DNA of 64,000 nt from the NCBI GenBank assembly GCA_964035575.1, contig OZ037835.1, positions 310,001 to 374,000 of the forward strand. Direction: 5' to 3'. Numbering within the stretch: position 1 is the stretch's first letter; every line of letters begins with the position of its first letter. The notes below the pieces were generated by a model. That model was not told where the DNA came from and ran no database searches. It saw nothing but the letters and a program-made list of their open reading frames with translations. Source of the stretch: Rhynchopus sp. YZ270_cl-10 (taxonomy: Eukaryota). The translations under genes were made by a program, and so were the position numbers. Below are positions 51,730 through 63,930 of this stretch, piece by piece.

Positions 51730-53830
51730 CACTCGCATCTGACCTGCCTCCCCGGTGGATCCTACGGGGTGCGCAGGTCACCACTGCATGTCGATATGCC
51801 TGGAGAGACGAGAGAAGAAGAGGGAAAACCAGCCACCCATCACAGCTGTCACCGTTGTCCACGCACCCACAGGGAAGCCACGTCCCCCAAAGGCATCCAC
51901 GTAAGGTGCTGTGCTGCACCCATACTGCAGAACAAACAGATAGATCTGCCCGTTCCCAAACAGACGGAAGTTCGTCTCCCCCACAAGCGAGTCTGAGAAG
52001 AGACGAGGTGTGGTTGCACTTGGTGATGCTTCGTCGTACAGCACCTCATCGGTGCTCGCATCACACAACAAGCCCACCGGATGCAACCTAGATGAAGGGC
52101 TGCCGACATGTCAACGCGGGGTTGGCGGCAAGTTTGCAAGACTCACGCAGGGTCGAGACCCACTGTGCTCTCCGAGAGGTTGCACACCGTCAAACACTCC
52201 CAACAGTGGCCGGCAGAAGCCTTGTCGTTCCGGCACACCATATTCGCCGCTTCCAGGACCCCGAGGAAAAACGCACGCTTGTCCCTAACCTCGCGCAAGG
52301 TAGCCCCATCTATGGCAACGTTGTTGTAGATGCTAAGCGGCACTCATGTGGATAGTCTTATCAGCGACCACTTCACTCACTGTTATGTGCCAGTTCACAA
52401 TGTTCAACACACTAACCGAGACCCTTCTCTTAGAGAGTGACGTGAACCATCTGCTTCTTCACCGCACCTGCACCCAGCCCAGCATGCCTGACGTCGTCGT
52501 CCTCTCTGTCCATGATCAACGACTGCGGCATCTGACTCTTGTACATCTGCAGGTTCGACAGAAACAGCATCAACGCTTGGTTCGTTGTCTGCAGCACATA
52601 CACAACCGACTTCGTTTCGGGATAGTATCAATACGCAAACACAGCTGCCTCCGCTGTCAGCAGCGCCGTCTGCTCAAACGGATTTGTGATCAGACCGTTG
52701 AAGACCAAGAAGATGACAACAGACGTCATTACCATCGCAACCATTATGACGTTGCGTTCGCCCTGTGCTTCACTTCTTTCTTTGTGTTAGCGCTTCCTGC
52801 GCGACAAAGTTCCGTTTAGCTGCTGCGTTATTCTTGTCCCGATGATGTCCTGACGTGGGATCATTGCTGCCACCGGCCACGACACTCCTGTACGCAAGTT
52901 TCCACGTGTCACTTGCCCGTTCAAGTTCAGGCTCTGTGTCTCCATGTAAACGCACCCTTGAGTACACTTCACGCACAAGCCTCTTCACTGTGTGCAGTGC
53001 ACGGATCTCCTTGTCGGTGAGCTGAAAGTGCATCAATACGTCTTCGGAAGTGCTGCCCAACACGAATAGGTTCTGCGTGGTTCTGGCGTCACTACTCGAT
53101 CTAACAAACCGCCCTACACTGTGCTGTGTGCAGTTCAGGTACACACGGCAGTAGCTCTTTCCAGCGCTCTTCAGAGACAGCAGTCAGAGTGGTCCAAGAG
53201 TTGATAGGAAGACCACCTTCGATGGCCTTCGTCCTAAGATCCCATGGTGCAACTGCCCGTTCGCAAACAGTCGCACGTTCGCGTCACCAGGTCACCTACA
53301 GGTGTGTCCGAGAGGAGGCGGGGTTGTTGGGGCACCGGGAGACGTTTCATCGTACACAACCGACGGCTTTGTACGCGTTGAAGGAAAAGTAGCCACAGCA
53401 GCCGTGTGGTGTGCACAATACACTCGAGCCTTCCGGAGAGGTGTGCACGTCCTGGTACACACGCATCGAGTTCGTGTCCTGCGACATCGACGTAGTGTGG
53501 CGCTTCAGAGACTCCGTGTTCTTCGTGAAGTTTCTGTACAGGTGTGTCGTACTCACCAAGCTCCAGCACATCTTTGCCCACTAGTGCGTCGTGTCGCAAG
53601 CACCGTCACGAATCTCCACGTTCCCCCCGTGCGACCCAGTGTCCTGTGCCTTCCCACCCTCGGCAGTGATGTCTGTCAGCATCAGGTGGTCCTGGTGAGA
53701 GAAGTACTCCTTCTGGTCAAACTCACCTATGATCTTCTATTGCGCATCCCATCCACCCCTGCTTGTCATGTACTCGTCGACGGCCTACACGAGCGCAGAT
53801 GGTGACGTGATGGTGGTGTACAGACTGTGC
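51730..53830 (-). pseudogene. Decayed receptor-type cyclase-like gene (boundaries approximate)
   Basis: Broken minus-strand frames give SWPVAAMIPRQDII, a TM NVIMVAMVMTSVVIFLVFNGLITNPF, NLQMYKSQMPQSLI and GLLCDASTDEVLYD, in the same order as matching motifs in 26931-29525; many stops and frameshifts. Confidence 0.7.
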
Positions 53831-54988
53831 ATGTTCGTGTAATCCATGGTGAAGCCCTTCCCTTGATGCTGGGTCCAGAAGCACCTGAACCTGGAAACCA
53901 AAGATGGTCACCAAAGTCATGTTCACAAGGCTTTTGCTGTTTTGTGCCTGTATTTTGGCGCAAGTGCAGAAGAAACAAAGCCACTTAGCGATATATGTGC
54001 TGAAATGGTACCCATGCAAGCTCCGCATTCCCAAAGAGGCACTCATCAGTGTTGATACCCCATGAAACAGAGAAAACGGGACTGACACTTTCGACGGCAT
54101 CCACTGCACATGGTTTGCAACGCCTAGTTTTCTATGTGGCCGCCAAACGTAACAACACACGATCAACCAAGTTCTGTTCGTAATGGTAGAGCCTTACCGC
54201 CACCCCGTCGTAGCGTGCGGCATCATCAGACATGTAACGGAGATTCATAAAGAAGCCGCGGGCTGAGCATCTGGAATGGATAGACTCGTTGAAAGCTAGC
54301 GCATTCGTCCGTCAGGGCCTGTGTCACAGGCAAGAAAACCGTACCACGAATCTGACCACCCAGCTCCACAGTGTTCTTCCCCAGATATGCATGCGTCACG
54401 TCGATTACGCACCTCCCGCTCTCCACGCCTTGTCCTGACCAGGGCAATCCATTTTAAAATCCATTTTTAAAAAAGATGAAAAGCAGAGAGTTAAAAAAGG
54501 AGAAAGAACAGCAAAAAACGTTGTGTGAAAAAGTTTTTTCTGTCAAGTGTTTTTGTGCGTTAACGGAGAAGAAAACAGTTTTCGATAAAAGACTCCTGCG
54601 TCGGTTTTCTCTTTCACAAAAAAAAAAAAAACAACACTTTTTTGATGTAAGATGAGTGGTGATGTCGCAACTCAGCAAAGCTGTGGAAACAGCCATGATA
54701 ACGACACAGTTTCCCCCCTAACACGCAGTGTATTACTCGCCCACTGCAGACGCAGCTGCCGCTACGCGACAGGAATAGTTTTTGGCCCACTTTTAGGGCT
54801 CAGGACCAGACATCGGACCCTGTGACAGTCTACAAGAAAAGTTGATATAGGTGCACCTTTTGGTACATTCCATACACATTGCTGTACCGGGGACCCCCAA
54901 CCACGCTGTCCAACATCCATTTTGTGAAAAAAATAAAATACTTGAAAACTTGAAAAGATGAATGAATGCTCACGTCACACCCCTGCCC

Positions 54989-56051
54989 TAAGGGTCCCCC
55001 TTGTCTTTTAACATGTCTTTTAAAAGACGTCTTTTATGTCTTTTATCGTCTTTTAAAATTCCACTTTTTCGCTTAAAAGACATAAAAGACACATAAAAGA
55101 CATACAGCGTTTGTAAACCCGGGATTTTCACCTTTTTGGGTGGTTTTTTGGCTCCATACCTGGCTATGTGGGCTGGGAAAAGCGATTCTGGGGTGTGGTC
55201 ACACAGAAGGTCGTTTTTGGGTCGTTTGTGAGCAAAAACGGCCAACGAAACCTATGAACAGTGTTGCGTTTTGTCACCACACACGTGTTTTATCTAGCTT
55301 ACCATGCGTTCAGATCGGTTCGGTTCGTTGAGTTCCGTTCGTTTGTGTTAACTCCACGAGGCAGAGAGTTTTAGGATTCGCAAAACTAAATTGCTTCCGC
55401 TATCGTCCCCTCACCCCTTCGCCCATACATGGTTCACCAAAAATCGACTTACGCAAAGGCACCAAATGTCAGATTTTTTCGGCGTTGGAAAGATTGGGCC
55501 AAAAATCGAGGTGTTTAGAATTCAACTAAATTCCTATTTTCGTATAGCGATTTTTGGTGTAAAATGCCTTAGAAACGTGCGTTTCTTAAGGGTTCTATGG
55601 GAAAACCGGCGTTATTCACCAGAAACCACGAGTTTCAACCCAAACCCCGGTAAGAAGTGTCTCGAAGTGACACTTCTTACCGTGGTTCAAGACAGAAACA
55701 GCAAGCAGTACCTGGGAAATGACACAGTGGTGTTGGCGACGACGTACGCGTTCGAGTCAGATATGAACGAGAAAGCCTGCGCTTCAGGCTCACATCCTGG
55801 TGTTCTAACAGGGTAACAGACAGACCTGCTGGCAAAGCCAGAGACGGCCGTTACGAGCTGTTCAAGGAGGAGGCCCACGAAGGCGTTCTTGCTGAGTTGG
55901 GTCACTTCCTCACGGACGAGGGGGTATGCAGCAGCCGTGTAATTCAGGCCAACAGCAAGGCACAGCCGGAAGTGTACTGCATGTCTTTTAACATGTCTTT
56001 TATGTCTTTTATGTCTTTTATTATTTCAAAAGCTGAAAAGGGGGACCCTTA
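54989..56051. mobile_element. Non-autonomous hAT-like element, 8-bp TSD
   Basis: TAAGGGTCCCCCTT ... AAGGGGGACCCTTA; CCCTGCCC at 54981-54988 and 56052-56059; subterminal (AT)GTCTTTTA repeats at both ends. Confidence 0.8.
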
Positions 56052-56123
56052 CCCTGCCCCCTCCCCCCTTCCCCCCTTCCCCATCCCTTCCTATATAAGC
56101 CTCTTCTCGGAACGCCACTCCCC

Positions 56124-58031
56124 TCAGTCTTCATGGTTAAGGCATATCACCACGACACCGACGTTGTCCTTTGTTCCTTCAACCACAGCTTCATTGATGA
56201 GCTGTGCAGCAGTGATGCGTCTAGTCTGTGCGGATGACGAGATACGCACTGGTGAGAGAATGCCGGAATAGGACGACGATGTGAGCGACATCACAGACTC
56301 CGCAGTGCTGCCAAGGATGCTGCTTGTAATGGACGCCTGCCGCCTATCGGACACATCCGCAGAATCCACACCAAAATCCCTCGGGAGGACCAGCTTCGCC
56401 ACATCTGCGTCGCACATGACATCCCACACCCCGTCTGTCGCAAGCACCACACTGTCATCATCGGGTTCTAGCACATGAGTGGTGATGTCAGGTACGTGCA
56501 GCACAGGGCATCCTATCAGACCCAAATTTCGTGTCACCCGGCACCGTCCGCCAACACGGAGCACCCCAGACACTTCGTACACTTCACCGCCGCTTTCGAT
56601 AATGCTGTCGCGCTCCTGCATGCTTTCTACATGGTGGTGTACGGTGATGCGCCGGGCACGTCCGTCCTTCTTGACGATGATGGCGTGGCTGTCCCCTAGG
56701 TTAGCCACAGTGAGCACCTGCCCTGTGATGACCACTGCAGTCAAGGTGCTTCCAGACTGCGAACAGGTTGTTTCATAGTCCGTCTCGAGCTTCTGCTGCA
56801 TGTCTGTGACGGCGTGTCTGAGTGCCTGCACCATGTCGAGGTGCACTGCCTTTTTCGCTAAAATCGCGGGGAAGTTGTCGCGCACTGAAGACGCCGTGTC
56901 GCTCCCACCGTGCCCATCACAAACACATGCAAAGTAGTGCGTCACAGAGCTTCCCATCCCATAGTAGGGTAGTAGGTTCGGCACCACAGCCACACGGTCC
57001 TCGTTGCCAGGCTTCCCTGCTGCTGCGCTGTCCATCGTAAAGTGTCTGAGGTGGCGTCCACGGTCGTTCTCTAAGGCACTGTGGATCTCTCCCTTAAGTG
57101 GATTCAAAATGTCCAGCAACGTTTCTTCAGTAACGAAGTCGCTCTTCACCTCAGCGAGGACCGGGTTCAGCGCCACAGGATGCGTCATGATTTTGAACAA
57201 CAACAAAAACTTTTCCTCAGATATCGACGGCACATTCATGTACAACACCGACGGCAGGAACGTATGCAGTGCGTAGCCCAATAGCCGCGGCTGCAGCTCT
57301 GATATGTGAAACGAGTTTTTGAATTTTTGCTTAACAAGCCCAGAGACCTCCGACTGCGTCTGCGATTGCAGGGACCGCACCGACTTGCTACTAAAGTCAC
57401 GCGACAGCGTCTGTTTCGTAGACGAAACAGACGGCAGCAAACCACTTGAAGGGTTTGTCTGCATTGTGTGCACAGAACTCATTGTACGGTGTTTCCTTAA
57501 CGTATGCGAACGTGGCATCTGCACAGACTTCCTCCTCTGTTCGTCGTACGAGGGGACGCGGGTCATGGACTTTTTTGTGTTGCTATTGTTGCTGTCCTCC
57601 ATTCCAAGCAGGACCATCGCGTTCAGATCGCTGTCGTCCTGCAAAGGACGGTGCAGACCTCGCCTCCAAGAGTCACCCGAAGACTCCATCAGGGACACTG
57701 AGAGACTCACCTTCTCAGAGGGCTGTAGCAGTGATTCCATGCTCCGCACAGATGATTGGTACGCAAACGCGGCAGTGCTGCTCTGACCGTCAAACCCTGC
57801 ATCCTCCTCCTCCAGAGGCGTGACATAAGACTGCTGTGACCCGCACAACACATGTGTACTGTGCATTGAGTCCTCCGGTCCAGCGCCTTGGAAGAACATT
57901 GAAGTGAGTACATCTTCAGGAGGTGAAGGTGGTATCAGCGGAGGTGCAGTAGCTGCGACCTCGGTAAGGGATCTCCCAGGTCTGCTTGTATGGGATCGGC
58001 GACGGGGTGGTGGTGTCGGAGCGAACGACAT
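56124..58031 (-). CDS. PP2C/PPM family protein phosphatase with long Ser-rich N-terminal extension (635 aa)
   Basis: NEDR, VCDGHGG, SGSTL, VANLGDS, LATDGVWD, GTKDNV; start set at first ATG (MSFAP). Confidence 0.9.
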   Translation of the reverse strand: MSFAPTPPPRRRSHTSRPGRSLTEVAATAPPLIPPSPPEDVLTSMFFQGAGPEDSMHSTHVLCGSQQSYVTPLEEEDAGFDGQSSTAAFAYQSSVRSMESLLQPSEKVSLSVSLMESSGDSWRRGLHRPLQDDSDLNAMVLLGMEDSNNSNTKKSMTRVPSYDEQRRKSVQMPRSHTLRKHRTMSSVHTMQTNPSSGLLPSVSSTKQTLSRDFSSKSVRSLQSQTQSEVSGLVKQKFKNSFHISELQPRLLGYALHTFLPSVLYMNVPSISEEKFLLLFKIMTHPVALNPVLAEVKSDFVTEETLLDILNPLKGEIHSALENDRGRHLRHFTMDSAAAGKPGNEDRVAVVPNLLPYYGMGSSVTHYFACVCDGHGGSDTASSVRDNFPAILAKKAVHLDMVQALRHAVTDMQQKLETDYETTCSQSGSTLTAVVITGQVLTVANLGDSHAIIVKKDGRARRITVHHHVESMQERDSIIESGGEVYEVSGVLRVGGRCRVTRNLGLIGCPVLHVPDITTHVLEPDDDSVVLATDGVWDVMCDADVAKLVLPRDFGVDSADVSDRRQASITSSILGSTAESVMSLTSSSYSGILSPVRISSSAQTRRITAAQLINEAVVEGTKDNVGVVVICLNHED

Positions 58032-58411
58032 ATGGCAACACAAGGGGGTATTTAAAAAAAACACACACACAGACACGATTTTTCCGTAGCAAGAAAAGAA
58101 TGATGAAAAATACTACCAATCCTACTGTCTCTTCTACGTTGGTGGCTCACTCTCTATGAACAGTGCGGCTACACAGCTGTTCTGCACAAGACAAGAGTCC
58201 GGACCACACTCCCGTCTGCACAGCAACGGCGACGTGGTGCCTTCACTTTGCGTACAGCTATCGTTATAAAACACACCGTTTTTGTGACACACAATTAATC
58301 AATTTGCGTCTTTTTGTTGATATACAGCAGAAGCCCTATACTAAGAGAAGGTGGCAATACGTATCACCATCAGGATGGTGACGGGGGGGGTGGGTGGGAG
58401 TGTTAACGATA

Positions 58412-58413
<2 letters not shown>

Positions 58414-58447
<34 letters not shown>
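58414..58447 (+). repeat. (GT)n microsatellite
   Basis: Directly visible. Confidence 0.9.
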
Positions 58448-58454
<7 letters not shown>

Positions 58455-59598
58455 GTGTGTGGTTGCAAAAAGAAAATTCTGAAATGTTATATTTTAAAGT
58501 AGAGTTGAAACATACAAAAGCCCTCTCGTGAACAGTGTACCTTTGGTACAAATGACCAGGCTGTGGACACCCCAACCATGCAATCCATTTCGTGGTTTAC
58601 ATCTGATATTTTAAAGCTTCGTTTGTTTTAGTTGTAACTTTGTTCACGCACACTGTCGCCTAGTTCCCCGGCGATTCGTACGTGAACTATTGTAGTCGGG
58701 TAGAACATTGAGCTACTAGGGGTGGGGGTGCGGTAACAAAGATGGGGAAAAAGGGAGGACGCAAAAGGACAAGGAAACCTTTTTTTCTGTGGGGTAGAGA
58801 AAAAAAATGTCGAAAAAAACATCGTATTTTGTTTCGTTAGTACACACCGTCAACGCACGGAAAACCCCTCACACCCCCCCGGGTGTCACCCCCCCCTCCC
58901 AACTTCGCTTTTTTTGATAACAGATCGTAACACTGTGGTGGGGGAAAACTGTGTCTGTGTGGCGGGGAGTCTCGTGGGCTGCGATGCCGCCTGCCGTGAC
59001 TTCTTCGCTCACCCCCCACAGTGTCCCTTTAGCCTAGACCAAGGGGACAGAGAGGGGGAGGCGGGTTAGGGAGCTGAGCGAAAAGTCCGATTTAAAGGGT
59101 CCGCAGCACACACAAAACGCACACCCTTGAGGCAAAAGTTCAACACTAATAAAACCCCCTTTTTTTTTGGGCCATATTCCCCCGGAAATACTGATGATAT
59201 TATTGAAAACACCGAACACAAAAAAAAAATCTGGAAAAACCACCCCGCCGCACCTGGAAATACCCCTAAAATGAAACACCCCTCTGATCTTCACACGACG
59301 GCTGAAGTAAATGACTTTGACTTTGTGGCTACATCTGTCGTTTCACAGTTTGGCTGCACCACACACAATCACCCCTATCCTCTCCCCCCTGTACCCATAT
59401 TTCGCATTGTGCATTTAAACCTACTGATGCCATGAAAGGCCCTGAAAAGAGGTGTCTTTATCGACGTTATTTCACCTTGTTTTGAACCCAGTAGCTCCGT
59501 CACGTCATATCCACAAAGGGCCATCGTGTATGGATTTACTCACCACCTTTTTTAATGCATTTCCTTAGTTGAAACACACAGCTTCTCCAAAAAAAAAA

Positions 59599-60336
59599 TC
59601 AGTTAAGACGCTTCTTCCTGCGGCGCTTCTTTACCTGCTGCTCTCCGTCTGGTGTGCCGATGAGGGATGCGATGTGCTGGCACACTTCACCACGCGCATC
59701 TTCCGTCAGAGGGACCCCCGCTGTCTCTTTGCTGTACCCTTCTAGGACTGTTGAGGCAAGGTCAGCGACGTCGTCGGGTGAGGAGAGATGTGCCTTTTCG
59801 AGCTGGCGGAGGGTGTGGAACACGACGTAGCCTACAGGGTTGGGGAGGCCCGAGAGGAAGGTGGCTGTGTGTGCGTGGAGGCACTTCACGCGGGCAGGGT
59901 TGGCGGTCCCCGCGTTGCCGTACTTCCTGGTACCGTCCTTCTGAGGTGTGGCGTGCAGGGCAACGAAACGCCGTGCTGTCTCCTCCGGGAGCAGGTCTGT
60001 AGTCACGTATGATTCGTACCGTGCGTGCGAGGTGTGCAAATCGGCAAGAGCAGATGGTGTTTCGTCCACCCACGCCTGCAGGCGGTTAATCAGCCCCAAG
60101 CGTTCGAGAGATGCTATCGCGCGGTTGTAGTTGTCGCAGACGAGCCACAGACACGTTGCCCCCACAAAGCTTCCAGCGACGGCCCCCTTTGCGCCCTCGA
60201 CCCCCTGGACGGTCGGGTGTGCGTCCGTGCTGGATGTGCTGCACGCGGAAACCTCCTTGCGTTCCTTCGTCTTGTCATCTTCCTCACGCTTGCGTTTGAG
60301 GGTCAGGTCCTTCACTTCAGGGTCGGGGGTGCTCAT
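59599..60336 (-). CDS. DUF501-like protein (245 aa) with basic NLS-like ends
   Basis: LWLVC...IASLERLG...H..Y...RVKCLHAHTA...NPVG matches the recalled DUF501 pattern; KRKR and KKRRRKKR. Confidence 0.6.
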   Translation of the reverse strand: MSTPDPEVKDLTLKRKREEDDKTKERKEVSACSTSSTDAHPTVQGVEGAKGAVAGSFVGATCLWLVCDNYNRAIASLERLGLINRLQAWVDETPSALADLHTSHARYESYVTTDLLPEETARRFVALHATPQKDGTRKYGNAGTANPARVKCLHAHTATFLSGLPNPVGYVVFHTLRQLEKAHLSSPDDVADLASTVLEGYSKETAGVPLTEDARGEVCQHIASLIGTPDGEQQVKKRRRKKRLN

Positions 60337-61174
60337 GGTGATGGATAGGTTTGTGTGTCTGAAAGGTGTGTTTGATAATTAATAGGGGTAATTATTGTGA
60401 GAATATGTCCCCCCATAGGAGGTGTGTGTGGTGAAGGGTTCATTAGGGGTTTCTTTGATAAAATAGAAGTTAAATTCTAGAACTTCAGGCATCACTGTGG
60501 TACCAAAAAACGCTGGGGAAAAGAAAGGAACTATAGTATAGGGTTGATGTAGCTGCGGTCGCGCTCTCGGGTGCAACTGCGGCCTCTGATTCTCGGCTAA
60601 CACTGCCCTAGTGATGAGACTGCAGAGAACCGATCTACGTATCGCTTGCGCTGGCGGCAGCGTCTGTAGGAAAGGCGGTGGGGACGTACGTTGTGTTCAA
60701 ATGCAGGAATAAGGCAAGTCTTCTTGGGGTGCTGCCGGCAGGGCAAACGCTTGGCTTTGCGGCGGCGGTGTTGGCGGACAGCGATGTGGACAATACACTA
60801 AACGATGGGGAAGAAGGTGCCTCGTCGGGGGGTATTACAGAGTGATGGGGTTGAAGGGAAAAAGGGGAAAGGTTGGCCCCTAGCTCCGTCCGTAAAATAG
60901 TGGGGTCACAACACGCTTGTTCCTCGCACACCCTAAAAGTTCAACCTCTTCTTTGTAGCACACGTGGTCTGCCCTACTGCCTCTTCTGCACCGTAGCTGA
61001 GTGCCACGGTGACAGCTTGCACCCACCTTCGCAAGGTCCCTTTTTCTACTAACGTAAAAAAGCGTAAAAATATAACAAAACCACAACACACCACACTGAA
61101 TAAACATCAGAGCACGTACCTGCAGATCCACAGTTGTTTCACTATGGTGTACACAACCTGAGGTTAAACACATA

Positions 61175-61882
61175 CCTACTCCCCCCCGTGCATAAGTCCG
61201 ACCCCCATGACCCGTGCATAAGTCCGATGACCCGTGTATAAGTCCGGGCAGATTTGGGCTCAGGATCGGACTTATGCACAGGCCGACTTATACACCGGTT
61301 TTGTGTACTGGTGGTGGGGAGAATTTTTTTTGGCGCGTTTTCCCGCTCGCGAAGCGAGCGGGGGAAAAATATTGGGTGTTTTTCCGCGAGTGAAGTGAGC
61401 GCAATTTATTTTTATTGGCAGTGTATTCACCAGGGATCATCTTCGCGCTTCTCATGTCAAAACATCATCCTCGCAATTCTCAAAGATGTGAACCTGTTAC
61501 TGCAAAATTGTGGAAAACTTTGCACCCCAAACAGTCTCAGCAGCCAAAAAAGGTGCCCCTTGTTGCTGGGAGTTGATTCTCATGTTTGATACCTGCACAG
61601 CAGGCATTCTTCTGAGTCCAACGCTGGTTGGCTTGTCTGCGGCGTTGTACCGAAGGTGCACGAAGAGGGTAAATTTTGCGGTGTCACATTCCCTCATGTG
61701 TGGGTCACTCACACTGAGGTCATGTGACACTGCATGGGTCTAGGTACCTGGGTGCACAAAACCGAACGGTGTATAAGTCTGATACCCGTGCATAAGTCCG
61801 AAACCCCGTGTATAAGTCCGGAGGCCCTCAGCCCCCCCAAAAATCGGACTTATACGCAGACTTATGCACGGGGGAGGGTAGG
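61175..61882. mobile_element. MITE with about 24-bp TIR, TA flanks and subterminal CCCGTG(C/T)ATAAGTCCG repeats
   Basis: TA-CCTACTCCCCCCCGTGCATAAGTC ... GACTTATGCACGGGGGAGGGTAGG-TA. Confidence 0.75.
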
Positions 61883-62217
61883 TAACACAAGAATTCTACT
61901 ACGGCAAAAAGATGAAAACTGAACTGAACTGAACTGAACAAAACTACAACGCACCACACTAGTACACAAGAGCACGTACCTGCTGATCCACAGTTGGAAC
62001 ACATACAGTGTACGCAACAAGGCAACACAACGCTCCCATGCGGTCAAACGACAACACAGGAAAGGTGATACCAGTGTCTGCTGCTCTGTCCACACATGAG
62101 TGGTCTCAGAGTCATCGCTTTCTGCTTCGCTGTTGCAAACGTCAGTGCTTGCGGGAGGAGTGACCTGTGAGGATGCGCGTCGTGCAGCTTCGAGGTCGCA
62201 GTGCGCAGCTGGCGGCG

Positions 62218-62770
62218 TCACTGTGCGTGTCTAATTCGCTTGCGGGATTCCTCTGGTGCTTCGTCTCTGCTGCGTTTCGGACGTGCTTCAACTTCTAAAT
62301 GACCCAGTTTGTTCCTGACTGTGCTCGACACAACATCGCTGCAGCCGGTGAGGTAGATACTCTCCAACGAAGTGCATTGATGAAGAAGAAAGCGACTTTC
62401 AATGTGTGTGACACTGCTCAGTGGTGCAAAGTCCAGTACACACAAAGAACTGCATCCATTAAGGAAGAAGCCCTCAATGTGTGTGACACTGCTTAGTGGT
62501 GTCAAGTCCAGTTCACACAAAGAACTGCATCCATGAAGGAAGCTGTGTCCAATTTGAAGGAAGTACTGACTAACGTATGTGACACTGCTCAGTCCTGCTA
62601 AGTCGAGTTCACACAACGAACTGCATCCAGAAAGGAAGAAGGCCTTAACACGCGTGACACCGCTCAGTGGTGTCAAGTTCAGTGTACACAAAGCACTGCA
62701 TCCACGAAGGAAGTTGTACGACATGTGTGTGACACTGCTCAGTCCTGCTAAGTCCAGTTTACATAAAGCA
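62218..62770 (-). pseudogene. 5'-truncated BspA-type LRR gene related to the UBL-LRR family, ending in a bipartite NLS-like tail
   Basis: LCELDLTPLSSVTHIEGFFLNGCSS repeats, cap SLESIYLTGCSDVVSS, tail KRSRDEAPEESRKRIR; LRR homology stops near 62770 and one repeat is partly deleted. Confidence 0.7.
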
Positions 62771-63604
62771 TATTAAACTTGAAAAACGTGATCCACCCCC
62801 ACAAAAAGAAAAACCAGCAAAAGGGAAGGATGGCACCACGGTGTGCCAGAGAGTGGCTTGATCCCATTTGCTGACTTATACCCAACAAAGAAGCGACACC
62901 TAAGTGAACAGGGGCCGTATACCACCGCTGGTGGCCTAGGTTAGTATATAAGCCAGTTCAAGGTCCGCACTCTGGCAGCGTCAAAAGAAATAAACAACAA
63001 TAAAACCACCAGTCATTCCAATGGGAGGAACGAATGACTGGCATCTCCTAATTCTCTAAACTGCGGTGAGTGGAACACCCAACTGATGCAAACCACTGCC
63101 GCAGGTTAGCACCTACAAAAAGCAAAGAAAAGCAAAGAAAAGAAAAGCAAAAGCTGTGCATGGTCGTAAAGTAGGTGCAGGGTCGCTTAAATCCCTGAGG
63201 GCACAGAAAGCCCAGCATACACCTCCTCCAGTTGCTTTGGACCCTCCAGTATCATGTGCCCGGGTTTGCAAAAGTGCAATGCAACCATCCCACGCGTGGC
63301 CTTCGTTCACTCAAAAAAAGAGATTATATCCGGGGACGCCAGGTTTTATAGTCCCTGTTGTACACCACACTGTTTTGTTCTTCCTTTTTCCTTTCAACCT
63401 TTTTTATTCATTTGCTTTTTTGTTGTTTGGGGGACACGCCACACGTGTCGGTTCTGTGGAAAAACAAGACACGGAACCACCTGTGCGCTGCCCCTTTTCA
63501 GGTCTATCCATGAAAACAGTATCACAAGTGATACCGGGAGTCACACAGGATTTTTATTTATTAATTTTTGAAGAAAAGTACCTTAAAAAGACTCAATGTG
63601 TACG

Positions 63605-63930
63605 CTCATGCCAAGGAAAAACCAAGCCAAGGTTGGTCTGCATCACCCATCAAGAGGGTTCCGCAAGCACAGAATATGTTAAAGTAATACAGGGGGGTTA
63701 GGGAGAAAATAGGTGAAAAAAGAAAAACCAGTATGAGGGGAAAACGAAAAGGCATAAAAAGACTCACAATGTACACTCATGCCAAGGAAAAACCAAACCA
63801 AGGTTGGTCTGCATCGCCCATCAAGAGGGTTCCGCAAGCGTACCATACCCTGTGCTCATGCCAAGGAAAAACCAAACCAAGGTTGGTCTGCATCGCCCAT
63901 CAAGAGGGTTCCGCAAGCACAGAATATGCG
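63605..63930 (+). repeat. Three copies of a ~65-bp unit CTCATGCCAAGGAAAAACCAA...GGGTTCCGCAAGC
   Basis: Copies start near 63605, 63775 and 63855. Confidence 0.85.

Noticed and set aside
63605..63930. CRISPR-like array
   Set aside because: Three ~65-bp units with unequal, partly homologous spacers; local duplication.
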